Positions 26,532 to 37,855 of a stretch of DNA of 64,000 bases are shown in pieces; position 1 is the first letter of the stretch; each line of letters starts with the position of its first letter. Origin of the DNA: Tubulanus polymorphus. Taxonomy: Eukaryota; Animalia; Nemertea. Location of the stretch: positions 6,484,914 through 6,548,913 of the forward strand of contig NC_134034.1 of the NCBI RefSeq assembly GCF_964204645.1. The letters are read 5' to 3'. The notes under the pieces are model-generated. The model saw nothing but the letters and a program-made list of their open reading frames with translations. It did no database searches and was not told the origin of the DNA. A program made the translations under genes and the position numbers.

Positions 26532-26888
26532 ATGAATATAACTGTTGGACCGAGTATATGTTTTGGGTTTGATTTTAAACGTGAGAAAGAAATGAAATTT
26601 AACATTAATGATGTAATAACACATATAAAAAATATTGCATTTTCTAATGAAACAACATTTGAGTATGAAACAACAATAGATAAAGAAACTTTAAATATAG
26701 AAAAGATTACTAATTTAATTAGAGAATCTTTAAGATTTTATGAATTAGATGAAGATTTTATCATCGATGATATCAAAAAAATAATAATTGAAATATATAC
26801 AAATGAAACTAGTAATGAAATAAATGTTGAATTAATCATAAATAAGTTAACTAAATATTTTGAAGATAGTAATTTTTTTGATAAATAA
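26532..26888 (+). CDS. 118-aa acidic Polinton protein, unknown function
   Basis: Intact; homologues at about 5860-6078 and 37856-38211; TAAATG start. Confidence 0.72.
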   Translation: MNITVGPSICFGFDFKREKEMKFNINDVITHIKNIAFSNETTFEYETTIDKETLNIEKITNLIRESLRFYELDEDFIIDDIKKIIIEIYTNETSNEINVELIINKLTKYFEDSNFFDK

Positions 26889-27110
26889 ATGAGTGATAAT
26901 AAGTGGATAATAACTGGATTATATAATGGCGCATTACTATCAGTTGGAACGGTTGGTTATTCAATGGTATTAAAAAAAGTATTCAAAATGGGAAGTGTTA
27001 ATGTTGATAGATTTGATATAAATGATATTTTGAAATTAACGTTAGCAGTTACTTTATCTAATTTAACTATTGATTATTTGGAAAAACAAAAATATATTCC
27101 TCCCATATAA
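26889..27110 (+). CDS. 73-aa hydrophobic Polinton protein
   Basis: Intact; three copies in the window. Confidence 0.72.
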   Translation: MSDNKWIITGLYNGALLSVGTVGYSMVLKKVFKMGSVNVDRFDINDILKLTLAVTLSNLTIDYLEKQKYIPPI

Positions 27111-27138
27111 GAAGTGTGTAATTTTTTTTGCTAAATAA

Positions 27139-27561
27139 ATGGCTTCTGCAATTATTACTATTATAGGATCGGCAATTGTTAACGCTTTAGCATTTACTGG
27201 TGGTGGTTATTTATTTAAACATATTGATAAAAATAGTTCATTAGGAGAACAAAGAAGACATAACTTAGCGTTAGAGAAATACAATAAAGCTGCAGAAGAA
27301 TATAGAGAAAAGAGACAAAACTATATGGATTACATCAATAAAGAATTATATGATCAGAAGATTTCACATAGAGATTTTCAATCAGTTGATGATGCAATGA
27401 GTTTATATAACGCGGTAACAAATAAAGAAAAATTACATCTATACAAACCCAAATTATCAGATTATTATACCCCAAGTAAAGAACAACAGAAATATGAAAT
27501 AATTTGGATTTTAGGCGGAACTGTTATTGTTATATTTGTTGCTTATAAATTTACTAATTAG
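27139..27561 (+). CDS. 140-aa membrane-type Polinton protein
   Basis: Intact; three copies. Confidence 0.8.
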   Translation: MASAIITIIGSAIVNALAFTGGGYLFKHIDKNSSLGEQRRHNLALEKYNKAAEEYREKRQNYMDYINKELYDQKISHRDFQSVDDAMSLYNAVTNKEKLHLYKPKLSDYYTPSKEQQKYEIIWILGGTVIVIFVAYKFTN

Positions 27562-27580
27562 TAATTTTTATTCTAAATAA

Positions 27581-28015
27581 ATGGAAGATAAAGTTGATAG
27601 TATTGATATTATTCCTCATGATATAAATAAAACTAAATTAAAAACATATTTAGAAAAACAAATATTAGAATTTGAAAGTGACTTAAAGATAAAAAAGAAA
27701 AAATATTTAAAAAGTAAAATTATATATTATTTGATTATAAGTGGTTCGGTTACAATTAGTTCTGTAATAACATTTCTAGCAATATTTAGTCCATTAACAC
27801 CTTTAGCTATATCAATTGGTGTGTTAGGATTAAGTTCAAGTGTTTTAACTGGTAAAAGTTCAAAATTAAATATAAAAAGTAATAAAGAAAAAATCAAAAC
27901 TAATATAAAAGAAATTAATAAATTAAAGAACACACTAGATTATATAATAAGTTTAAATGGTCATATAACAGTTGAAGAACAAGATAAATTATTAAAAGAA
28001 TTAATAAATTATTAA
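27581..28015 (+). CDS. 144-aa two-TM Polinton protein
   Basis: Intact; hydrophobic hairpin flanked by basic coiled coils. Confidence 0.78.
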   Translation: MEDKVDSIDIIPHDINKTKLKTYLEKQILEFESDLKIKKKKYLKSKIIYYLIISGSVTISSVITFLAIFSPLTPLAISIGVLGLSSSVLTGKSSKLNIKSNKEKIKTNIKEINKLKNTLDYIISLNGHITVEEQDKLLKELINY

Positions 28016-28031
28016 TTTTTTAATTATATAA

Positions 28032-29421
28032 ATGGTAGATAGTTTTCCAAAAGCTTTCCGATATAATAAATCAATTAAATATAATATTCCAGCAATAGAT
28101 TTTAATAAAGATATAACATATAGAAATGAAGTTTTAGATTCATTAACTAATTTAGAAATTTATGTTACTGAAACTAATAATTTTAATGCAAAGATGGAAA
28201 ATATATTTCATGTATATTTAATTAATTTTAAAAAATTTAAAGATGAAAAACAATGGTTATTAAAATCTAATATGAAGTATTGGCAGAATCAATTAAATTT
28301 TGCTGTTTATTGTGCAACAACAGGATGTGGAATTAGTTGGAATGATCATTTAAATAATTCTAAATATAAACTAATTCAAAGTTTATTTAGATTTCATACA
28401 TACTTTCAAATCAGAATAATATTAAATGAATTAGAGTGCGCTTTACCAGGATCTAGATATTTTAAAGAATTAGATAATAATATTAATTTATCTAAGTTTT
28501 ATAAAATTTGTAATGAATTTAATGTAGATATAAATAATTCTGATTTTAGAACAAAAATTGGAACAATAAGATCACTTCCTTGCCCTAAAAAGATTGCAGA
28601 ATATTGTGCACTTCCCATACCATCTAATAGTTTTTATAATATCTATAATAAAAAATTAGGTTATGGTAAAATAGAAACAAAGGATTTAGAAACATTAAAT
28701 TTCAATAAATTACCGAAATTTTATGATAATTTAAAACAAGAAAACAATAATGGTTGGGTTTATTTTATTTTAGAAAATAGTGAAGGTTTTACAAAATCAG
28801 GTATAGAAAGAATAAATCAATCTATTAGAACTTATTTGATTTGTATTCTAGGATCACAAGTTGAAACAAGATCACCGATAATTGGAAATTTGAATACATC
28901 ATTTGATACACAAAAACAGTTTAAAGTTTTATTTGAAGATTCAATTCATAATGATAAAAATAGATCGATTCCAGAAAACATTATAAGATATCAAAATTAT
29001 TTAGATAAATCTCATGTAAGACTTAATTATTGTATAGGCCCTAATCTATTAATTATTTCTAATGATTTAGTATTAAAGATGGGAAACATAATTGGTTATA
29101 ATAATCTAATTAAAACTGCAACAATAAATAATTCATTTGGATTAAATGATATAAATAAAAAGATTATTACTGCTCCAAAATTAATGGAAGGTGAAAAAAA
29201 TAAAAAACACTTTCAATCAACAGAAACTAAAACTAAGAATATTAAATTAAATAATGATTCTAAAAGATTACAATAAAAGATTACAATACATCAGAAAATA
29301 TAAAAACTGATATTATTCAACATGATATAATTAAACTAAATGATGATAATAAATCCCATGAAAATACTAAATTAGCTATAACTTGTATAGGAATTGTAAT
29401 CGGAGGAATATTATATTTTAA
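28032..29421 (+). pseudogene. CATTGCG-motif protein with C-terminal TM, copy B (late frameshift)
   Basis: 414-aa ORF, then the tail LAITCIGIVIGGILYF in another frame. Confidence 0.8.
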
Positions 29422-29444
29422 ATTTTAATTTTTTTATTATATAA

Positions 29445-30878
29445 ATGGATGTAGAAGGTGTAGAAGATATTGGAATGGATCCTTTTGATGAACCTGGTAT
29501 AACTGATGAACAACCACCTGATTTTGATGAAACAAGTTTTAATGATGGTAATGAAACAGCATATAATTCTAATTTAACTACACCCCAATTTATTGACAAA
29601 GCACGTTCAAAGATAAGTATTGAAAATGAAGTACCAGAAATAACAGAAAAAGAATACAATTATAATGAAATTGTTCATGAATTTAAACCAATATTAGAAA
29701 AATCAGGATTCAATATAACAAATAAAGGTATGGATCATTTAGCAAAAGATTTGAAATATTTAAATGGTGATTATTATTGGAAATTGAAAGGCGACTATTA
29801 TTTTAAGATTTCAAATCTTAAAAGTGGTGATAAAATAATAACAAAATCAACTTTTAATTTATTTAAACCAGATAGAATTAAGAAAATCATTGATGATGTT
29901 ATAACCGATGTTACACAAGAAGAAAGAGATTATAATATAAAAGAATTTAAACAAAGAAATGCTAAATTTTTTGATATAATTAATGCAAATTTAAGACAAA
30001 AAAAAATTCCTAAAGAAGTTATTAATTCCAAAACTAGTAAACCTAATTCAAGAGAAGTTCAAACTGAAAAACTTTTACCAAATGGATTACTTGATGCAAC
30101 AGATCAAGAATTAGAAAATTTAAATATATTTTCTGATGAAGCAATTAGAGAAATTATTAGTATAAGAAATGAAGCTGATAAAATTGCACATAATAAAAGT
30201 ATAAGAGATTTTAAAATTAGAACTTCAGAAAAAGAATTAACTGATAAAAATAAAGAAATAGAACAATTAAAATTAGATAGAGATAATAAAGTTATTGAAG
30301 AAATTGAATTTAAAAAAAGAAATGCATATTTAGAAAAAGAAAAAGATGATTTAGAATATAACATAGAATTACAAAAAGAAGAAATTAAATCATTATTAAA
30401 ATCATATGATTATAATATTGATAGATTAAAAGATGTTTTTAAAAGATTTCTAATAAAACCAGATTCTAGAATATCATTGAAAGATAGAATAAAGTTATTA
30501 TTTAAATTAGAAGGAATAACAATTCTTTCAATTCTAACAGCTGTAACTATGTTATTTACAACAATTGGTTTAGCTATATCAAATGCTTTGAAATCTACTC
30601 CTACTCCCAATAAACCGGATAAACCCCCGAATGATAATAATTCTATACAAGATAAAGTCAAAGATGGTTTAAAGAAATTAGCAAAATATTTATGGGAACT
30701 ATCTAAAAAATCTGCTGCAGCATTACCAGGAATTATTGCATCAATTGTTGGTTTTATATTGAAATCTGCAGGAAACATTCTTAACTTTGCTGCTGAACAT
30801 ATTATTTTATTTTTAATTACAGTTGTAAGTGCTATTATTTTTGGGTTAGTAAACATGATATCAAAAAATATCAAGTAA
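29445..30878 (+). CDS. 477-aa acidic / coiled-coil / TM-amphipathic Polinton protein, intact
   Basis: Long open frame; hydrophobic segments EGITILSILTAVTML.. and ALPGIIASIVGFIL.. Confidence 0.82.
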   Translation: MDVEGVEDIGMDPFDEPGITDEQPPDFDETSFNDGNETAYNSNLTTPQFIDKARSKISIENEVPEITEKEYNYNEIVHEFKPILEKSGFNITNKGMDHLAKDLKYLNGDYYWKLKGDYYFKISNLKSGDKIITKSTFNLFKPDRIKKIIDDVITDVTQEERDYNIKEFKQRNAKFFDIINANLRQKKIPKEVINSKTSKPNSREVQTEKLLPNGLLDATDQELENLNIFSDEAIREIISIRNEADKIAHNKSIRDFKIRTSEKELTDKNKEIEQLKLDRDNKVIEEIEFKKRNAYLEKEKDDLEYNIELQKEEIKSLLKSYDYNIDRLKDVFKRFLIKPDSRISLKDRIKLLFKLEGITILSILTAVTMLFTTIGLAISNALKSTPTPNKPDKPPNDNNSIQDKVKDGLKKLAKYLWELSKKSAAALPGIIASIVGFILKSAGNILNFAAEHIILFLITVVSAIIFGLVNMISKNIK

Positions 30879-30919
30879 ACCATGATAAAAAATAAATGAT
30901 TAATTTTTTTGTTTAATAA

Positions 30920-31547
30920 ATGAGTGGGAGTTATATAAGTCCTTCTAAGATTTCTAGAATATCTAATGCTATTAAAGCAGAAAGATCACATCATATAATT
31001 ACTCATAACCCTTCAAATATTAATCCCGATGAAACTTTATATGTTAGAATTCCTAGATTAACACAAAATACTTTTTACGTTCCAAACAGTATTTATTTAT
31101 CAGCCGACATAAAAGTAACTGGCCATGATAACAATTATGTTGTTGATAATGTTGGGAGATATTTGATTAAAAAATTAATTATAAAGATTGGTCCAGAAAC
31201 AGTTTTCTCATTAGATGATTATAATTTATTTATGCATTATAAAGATTTATGGTTAACTGAAGAAAATAGAAATAATATGATATTCCAAGGTATTCAATCG
31301 GTAAACCAAAATAAATTAAGATCTGAAGCCAATAATGCAGTAGTAGCTAATGATGTAGATAATTTGATTAAAAAGATTTATGGAAGCAAATATAAAATTC
31401 CATTAGATTTTGAATTGATAAATAATAATGCACCGTTATATAAATACGCAATTCAAGAAGATATTATATTTGAGATAACATTTGCTCCTGTAAATGAAAT
31501 TGTATTATCTAGCGTTGTTAAAGATATGGGTTATAAATTATCGAATA
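30920..31547 (+). pseudogene. Major capsid protein, N-terminal half
   Basis: Homologous to 13968 onward; broken after YKLSNI. Confidence 0.75.
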
Positions 31548-34510
31548 TAAATCAATATATAATATAAATTCTCATTCACAACATATTATTTCAAAACAAC
31601 ATATAGATGAAAAATTAGATAAATGTTATAATGAAGTAAGAACTAAAATAGAAGAGAAATATTTTGAAGGATCAGGTTTAATATTTGATGAAATAATACT
31701 TATGACTTTACATGTATACAATACAAAATATAATAAGTTAACTAAATCAAAACCAATAGATGAAAATAATTTATCATATTATAAAGATGATAATATAAAT
31801 GGATCAAGTTATATCAAATTACCATTTAAAACTAATGCTGTTATAAATGTACAAAATAAAGATGATAAATGTTTTCTATGGACAATTATAAGTTGCTTAC
31901 ATCCAGTTGAAGATTATAATCAACATATTTATAGATTAACACATTATAAACAATTTGAAAATAATCATAATATAGATAATTATCCAGTTAGAATTAAAAA
32001 TATCCCGAAAATAGAAAGAGATAATTATATAAAGATAAATGTGTTTGATTTAGTCAAATTACCAAAAACAAAAGGTAACAATATAAAACATTATACATTA
32101 GAACCTCTATACTTATCAAAAGATTATGATTCAAATGATGTTATAGATATATTATATTACGAGAAACATTATATGTGGATTAAAAGAATTGATTTATTTT
32201 TCAAATCAGAAAATGATTATACTCGTAAAATGTTTCAGTAATGAAAGTGCAGTATTGAATCATAAACAATTATGTGAAAATCATGATTATTGTAAAAAAG
32301 TTTTACCAAATGAAAAAGATAAGATTTTAGAATTCAAAAAATATGATTACAAGAATAAAGTTCCATTTGTAATATATGGAGATTTCGAGTCACTCAATAA
32401 AGAATGAAAATGATGTAATTGATTATTCAGATCCTCTAATAACAAATACAATTAAAAATATTCATCAAAGTGCTGCAGCTTTCGGGTTATATATTAAATC
32501 TGATTATCCAGAACTAATCAAAAGTGAATATTATCATTATAGAAATGAAAATGTTATTAATCATTTTTGTGCCTTATTAATTGAATATGAAATAAATTTA
32601 ATAAATTGTTGAATAAAAATAAAGAAATAATTATGACAGAAGAAGATAAAGAAGAATTTGAGTTTGCTGATAAATGTTATTATTGTGAAAAGATATTTAA
32701 TCTTAAAGATATAAAAGTTAGAGACCATGATCATTTGAATGGAAAGTATAGAGATGCAGCGCATGAGAATTGTAACTTACAAGCAGAGAAAATTAATTTT
32801 GTTCCAGTTACATTTCATAATCTATCAGGGTATGATGCTCATTTATTCATCAAACAATTATGTCATAAAATAGAAGAAATCAATAATGAAATAGAAAGAT
32901 TAAATTCAAATAGATCAAAAGATAGAATACCAACTTATAAATTTAAAATGTTAGCTAAATCATCTGAGAATTATATATTTTTCCAATTTGGATGTTTAAG
33001 ATTTATAGATTCATATAGATTTTTAAGCAGTTCATTAGATGATTTATCAAAATCATTAGTTGATGATGAATAAGAAATATTTAAGCAACACTATCCAAAT
33101 AATGACGATTTTCAATTAATGAGATATAAAGGAGCAATTCCATATTCATTTTATAAATCACATAATGATTTCAAAATAACTGAATTATTAAAAGAACAAT
33201 TCTATGTTGAAATAAAAAATGAATATGTTAAAGATGAAGTATAAATAGAACATTGAATATTTGAAATCATTTTAGAATGAAAAATCATGGACAATTAGTA
33301 GATTTATATTTAAAATCAGATGTATTATTATTATCTGATATATTCGAAAGGTTAAGAGATGTAAATCTAAAATAATAAAATCGATCCTTGCCACTGTTAT
33401 TCATCACCAGGTTTAACTTGGGATTGTGGTTTGAAATTTACAGATATAAAAATGGATTTGTTAACAAATATAGATCAATTATTATTATTTGAGAAATCTA
33501 TAAAAAGAGGAGTTTCGGGTGTATTAGGCGATAGATATTTCAATGTAAATGATAACCCTGGATATAAGTTATTATAAATGGATGCAAATAATCTATATGG
33601 TTGGGCAATGATGGAACCCCAACCTTATGGAGTATTTGAAATAACTGAAAATTTACAGTATGAAAATAATCATAAATTTGATTGGAAGAAAAGAATTCTA
33701 GATATTGCAGATGATTTAGATACTGGTTACTTTTTTGTTGTAGACTTGGAATATCCTGAAGATAAAAAATTTAAATCCAGAAATCTAGCATACTGTCCCG
33801 AACATAAAACTGTTACACATGAAGAATTATCAAATTATCAAAAAAGAATTAAACCCGAAAATCATATTCATACAGAAAAGTTAATGGTGATTCAGGAAGA
33901 TAAATATAATTATGTAGTGCATTATCGGATGTTGAAGTTTTATTTGAATCAAGGAATGATCCTAAAAAAAGTACACAGATATATTTCATTCAGTCAATCT
34001 AAATGGTTAGAAAAATATATAGATTTTAACACCAAACAGAGAACTAAAGCTAAAACTGATTTTGAGAAAGATTTCTTCAAGTTAATGAATAATGCATTCT
34101 ATGGTAAGACTTGTGAAAATATTAGAAATAGAAATGATATTGAGTTAGTTAGTAATGGTAAAAGGATAAGGCATTTACAAACATATCCTAAGTTCATAGG
34201 TAACAGAATATTTGATGAAAATTTAGCTGCAGTTAAAATGAGGAGAACTTCTATGAAATTTAATAAACCAATTTATGTTAGTGCCTCAGTTTTAGAAATA
34301 TCAAAACTATTGATGTATGAATTCTACTATAACGTATTACAACCTCATTTTGGAGAAAAGCATATAGAAATCTTATATTTTGATAATGACAGTTACATAT
34401 TAAAGATTAAAACTAATAACATAACAGATGATTTGAAAACATTAAAACATCATTTCGACTTCAGTAATTATCCTAAAGATCATGAATTGTTTAACAATGA
34501 TAATAAAAAG
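31548..34510 (+). pseudogene. polB: Protein-primed PolB type 2 (divergent), truncated at both ends
   Basis: DDKCFLW, YGDFES, RDHDH, DANNLYG, KLMNNAFYGK, YFDNDS; much closer to 42585..45890 than to type 1. Confidence 0.9.
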
Positions 34511-34511
34511 G

Positions 34512-35764
34512 GGCTGTTCGAATATCACGGATACCGGATACCGGACACCTAAATACCGGATACCGGATACTCGAGATTGCGGAGTATATAGCGCATCGGG
34601 TCTAAGGAGTCGTTTCCGTGCTGTTGTAAGTAGTACTGCCGCGACATACAATTTATTTGTCAAATTATTACAGAGGCTAACCAACTTATTTGTCAGCCTG
34701 ATTACAGCCTGCTTTCACGTTTTTAGTGTCATCATCGATCTCAATATTATACATATTTCTTTCTGAATACTGTTGTTCTTTGGTTAGGTGAAGTTAAACG
34801 TTATATTCATTTTTTATTATCTTACTTCACTGGTGATGGATATGTATTGGTGGCCCTTTTTGGTTTTCTGTAAAATCCTTTCGTTAATAGGGCTGAGTAC
34901 TGCTAGGCCCTATATCTCAAGTTAGAAAGCCATAAGCGAGTCTGGCATTTGTAACGTTTCTTCTAATAAAATTTGTTTTAAAGATCTCTACATTTTGTAT
35001 TTGTTGATTTAGGATGAACACCAATGAAAAACAAGTATTTACAAACAAAGAATTAAAATTCGTTTTCTTATTTTATGGAGTAGAATATTCGGTCTATTCT
35101 ATTTATTGGACGATATGTCTACATTTCATTCTCAATCACAATGTCCCTAAAAATGAAATTGAGTCCATGGCGATCGTCGAAAATCAACACCCCTGGACAC
35201 CAATTGTTTTGGTATAACCTTCAAAAATCAGTTCGTCGAATACCGGTACCTACCATTTCTCTAAGTGACTATTTACCCTGATGTTAAATTTGATTCTAAA
35301 GATCATGAAAATATAGATCGTCAATAACGCTTTACTTAATTAAAATGGCCTTCTTCGTGAAACTGAATGATAAAGATATTTTGTATTGTACAGAAGCTCT
35401 GCCCAAAACGGTAACGGTCTATTCGGTAATCCGTTCAAATTGGCAGAATTATAAAAAATATTTTCTGTCCACTGTTTGTTACCGGGTCTGTCGTATGTAA
35501 TCGTGTTATTACTCGGAAGCAATAAATCTGTATTGAATTGTCTATACCGGTAACATTTGTATGCTACTTTACTTGAAAAGCATATACCGATGTATTATGA
35601 AAATAATCTAGGCCTTTTATTCTTCTACTTGATCTCACACGAACTGCCGTTTACCGCTGACCGTTAGACCCGATACGCTATAAACTCCGCAATCTCGAGT
35701 ATCCGGTATCCGGTATTTAGGTGTCCGGTGTCCGGTATCCGGTATCCGTGATATTCGAACAGCC
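34512..35764. mobile_element. Non-autonomous DNA transposon (MITE-like) with about 95-100 bp TIRs
   Basis: GGCTGTTCGAATATCACGGATACCGG... mirrored at 35664-35764; internal 7-mer ATACCGG repeats; no coding capacity recognised. Confidence 0.88.
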
Positions 35765-36271
35765 AACATTTATGGGGGACCTCTTCTTCACTCTAGCTAC
35801 TATGGTCCGGCCATACGCATTTTCAAGCTACTAACCTATTAATTGTGGTCTGATGCAAGTTGAAAATGTTGAAGGGAGCCGAAGACAACGACCTTGTAGG
35901 CGTCTCTATAACCCGAAAGAAATCGGTAAAGACTAAAGCACGGTTTAGGACCCGGCAGCAGACACCGGGCCCGGAAAAATTTTTCAAAACGTGTATCGTC
36001 GGTTCCTAGCACGATTTCAGCGTTTTTCGGGAATTCCCTGAAATTTCAGCATTTTTCTAGAATTCCCTGAAATTTCAGCGTTTTATTTTCAGCGTTTCAG
36101 CTTTTTCAGCGAAGTTCAGGAACCGGTCATTTCGATCACCACGTGATCGAAATGGTAGGTAGCAAAAAACGATTTAGAATTGTGGGAGATAATATAAATT
36201 GGAAAGTTGGCGTACATGATACGAGGATTGATTCGCATGATAAAATGTACCACGCGTTCTGATCAGCAATT

Positions 36272-36553
36272 ATGGAACAGACACTTGATTTTCGACTCAG
36301 TACGGAGCCTCCGCCTTCGTACGAGTTAATTCACAGTAGCGAGTTCATTCCGTCATCTATGGATTATAATGCAACTGTACAAGATTACATTATCCTAATG
36401 TCGAGAGTTATGTTCGAACACATTCCCTTTTTCACTCGCTCCAAGGAATACATTTCAAAGCACATTAGTCCGCCAGTTTTTCCAGACCTGTCAAAGAAAG
36501 CGAAAGTAATTCCGATCCCAGTAAAATTTCTCAATGAGCAGTATTATCAAGAT
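36272..36553 (+). pseudogene. Academ-type (DUF6589-like) transposase, upstream part
   Basis: FIPS..DY..LMSRV..HIPFF..KHI..SKK..VIPIPVKFLNEQYY. Confidence 0.65.
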
Positions 36554-37067
36554 AAATTCTCACACGCTCGAATTTATTTTTATTTTTTCCCACTCGACCC
36601 CTCAACCTTTGATATAGAACAACTAATTCCTATTTACTCTTAAAATATTCATCTAATAACTTCTAAAATAAATTTTAATAAAAAATATGTTATTGAAATG
36701 GAGAGTAAACAAGTACACAGTGAATTCTTAAATAGAATAAAAGATACTTCAAACGTCAAATCTGTAGATTATAAATTTAAGAAGTTAACAGAATTAACAA
36801 TTCCTAAGAAATATCTAATTACAAATATTGATACAGTTACTAATAGATATGGTAGTAAATTCTCCAAATTAGTAAAGTTATCCACTTAGAATATGAAGGA
36901 TTAAAAGGAAATAAATATAAATTCAGAACATATTTACCAGATAGATTTTATAGATTATCAAGTGAAGATTTAGAAAAATTATGTTCAGGTGATTTCTATT
37001 TCATATTTAAGGGTAAGAATGAAAAAGGGCACCATGAAATATATTTCGAATAAAAAAAATGTAAAAT
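36554..37067 (+). repeat. Left TIR of Polinton C (outer about 65 bp lost)
   Basis: Matches 51866-52103 directly and 51054-51325 as reverse complement. Confidence 0.78.
36698..37053 (+). pseudogene. About 113-aa gene X inside the TIR (possible OB-fold nucleic-acid-binding protein)
   Basis: FKKLTEL..KKYLIT..NRYG..TYLPDRF; 14-bp insertion frameshift; second copy in the right TIR. Confidence 0.55.
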
Positions 37068-37069
37068 AA

Positions 37070-37840
37070 ATGGTAGAATTAAAAGAATATAGAATATTTG
37101 TTGATTCTAGAAAACTGTTAAATTCTAAATCACATAATTTACTAGTACAATTAGATAGAGAATTTAAGAATTGTGTTGATTTAAAAATAGTAAATGTAAG
37201 TTTATGTAATTATTTTTATAATATATCGGATTAAACTTTTGAACATAGAGGGTTTATGATTTATATGAGAAATAGAGATAAATGGTTTCATCTATTTTCA
37301 AAACCAGGATTATATAATTTAGAATCATTAGCGCAGGAAATTAATAGAAGAGCTCGGTTGAAAATCGGGGGCACTTCTGAATTTGAAATTAAATTTAATA
37401 AAATTGATAATACTAATAAGATAAGAATAAAGATATCTAATGAACAACATAAATTTATGGTAAACAAACCAATGGCTAAAATGTTAGGAATTAAATGTTA
37501 GGAATTAAACCGCTTACAGTTACTGGAAACACAGAAGCCATCTCAAATATAATACCTTTTACACACTTTTATATTTATTGCAATTTAATCGATCCTACAA
37601 AAAGTTTCGAAGCAACTAAAGAAACAATTTGTAGTTCTAGTATATTAAATATTTTACCGCTAAAAATGTTAAACAATTTGGAACTCAAATAAATTATAAT
37701 TTAACTGAATGTGATTTCAAACCATGCATTCCTCATTTTAAAAATTTTAGATTAGAAATTAGAAATCATAATGGATATTTAATTGATTTAAATAATTTTC
37801 CTGTGATATATGAATTAGTTATAAGACGTAGAGAATACTT
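37070..37840 (+). pseudogene. Penton, copy C
   Basis: Homologous to 25763..26515; stop and frameshifts. Confidence 0.75.
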
Positions 37841-37855
37841 TTTTGACTATATAAA

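Larger units (their letters stand above)
20312..34510 (+). mobile_element. Endogenous Polinton copy B (best preserved; chimeric right part)
   Basis: Candidate terminus AGTAATTAG at 20312; polB type 1, ZnF-VLTF3, penton, membrane block, MCP 5' half, then a type 2 polB fragment. Confidence 0.92.

Noticed and set aside
34528-34570. CRISPR-like or iteron-like repeats (ATACCGG; also 50860-50893)
   Set aside because: No unique spacers and no cas genes; these are TIR-internal or simple tandem repeats in eukaryotic DNA
33578-34766. PolB ORF tail GLFEYHGYRIPDT and ORFs 34442..34684 and 34482..34766
   Set aside because: Read-through into the MITE TIR; not real coding sequence
36545-36560. 6-bp TSD for Polinton C
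   Set aside because: The left end is deleted together with flanking transposase sequence, so no TSD can be read
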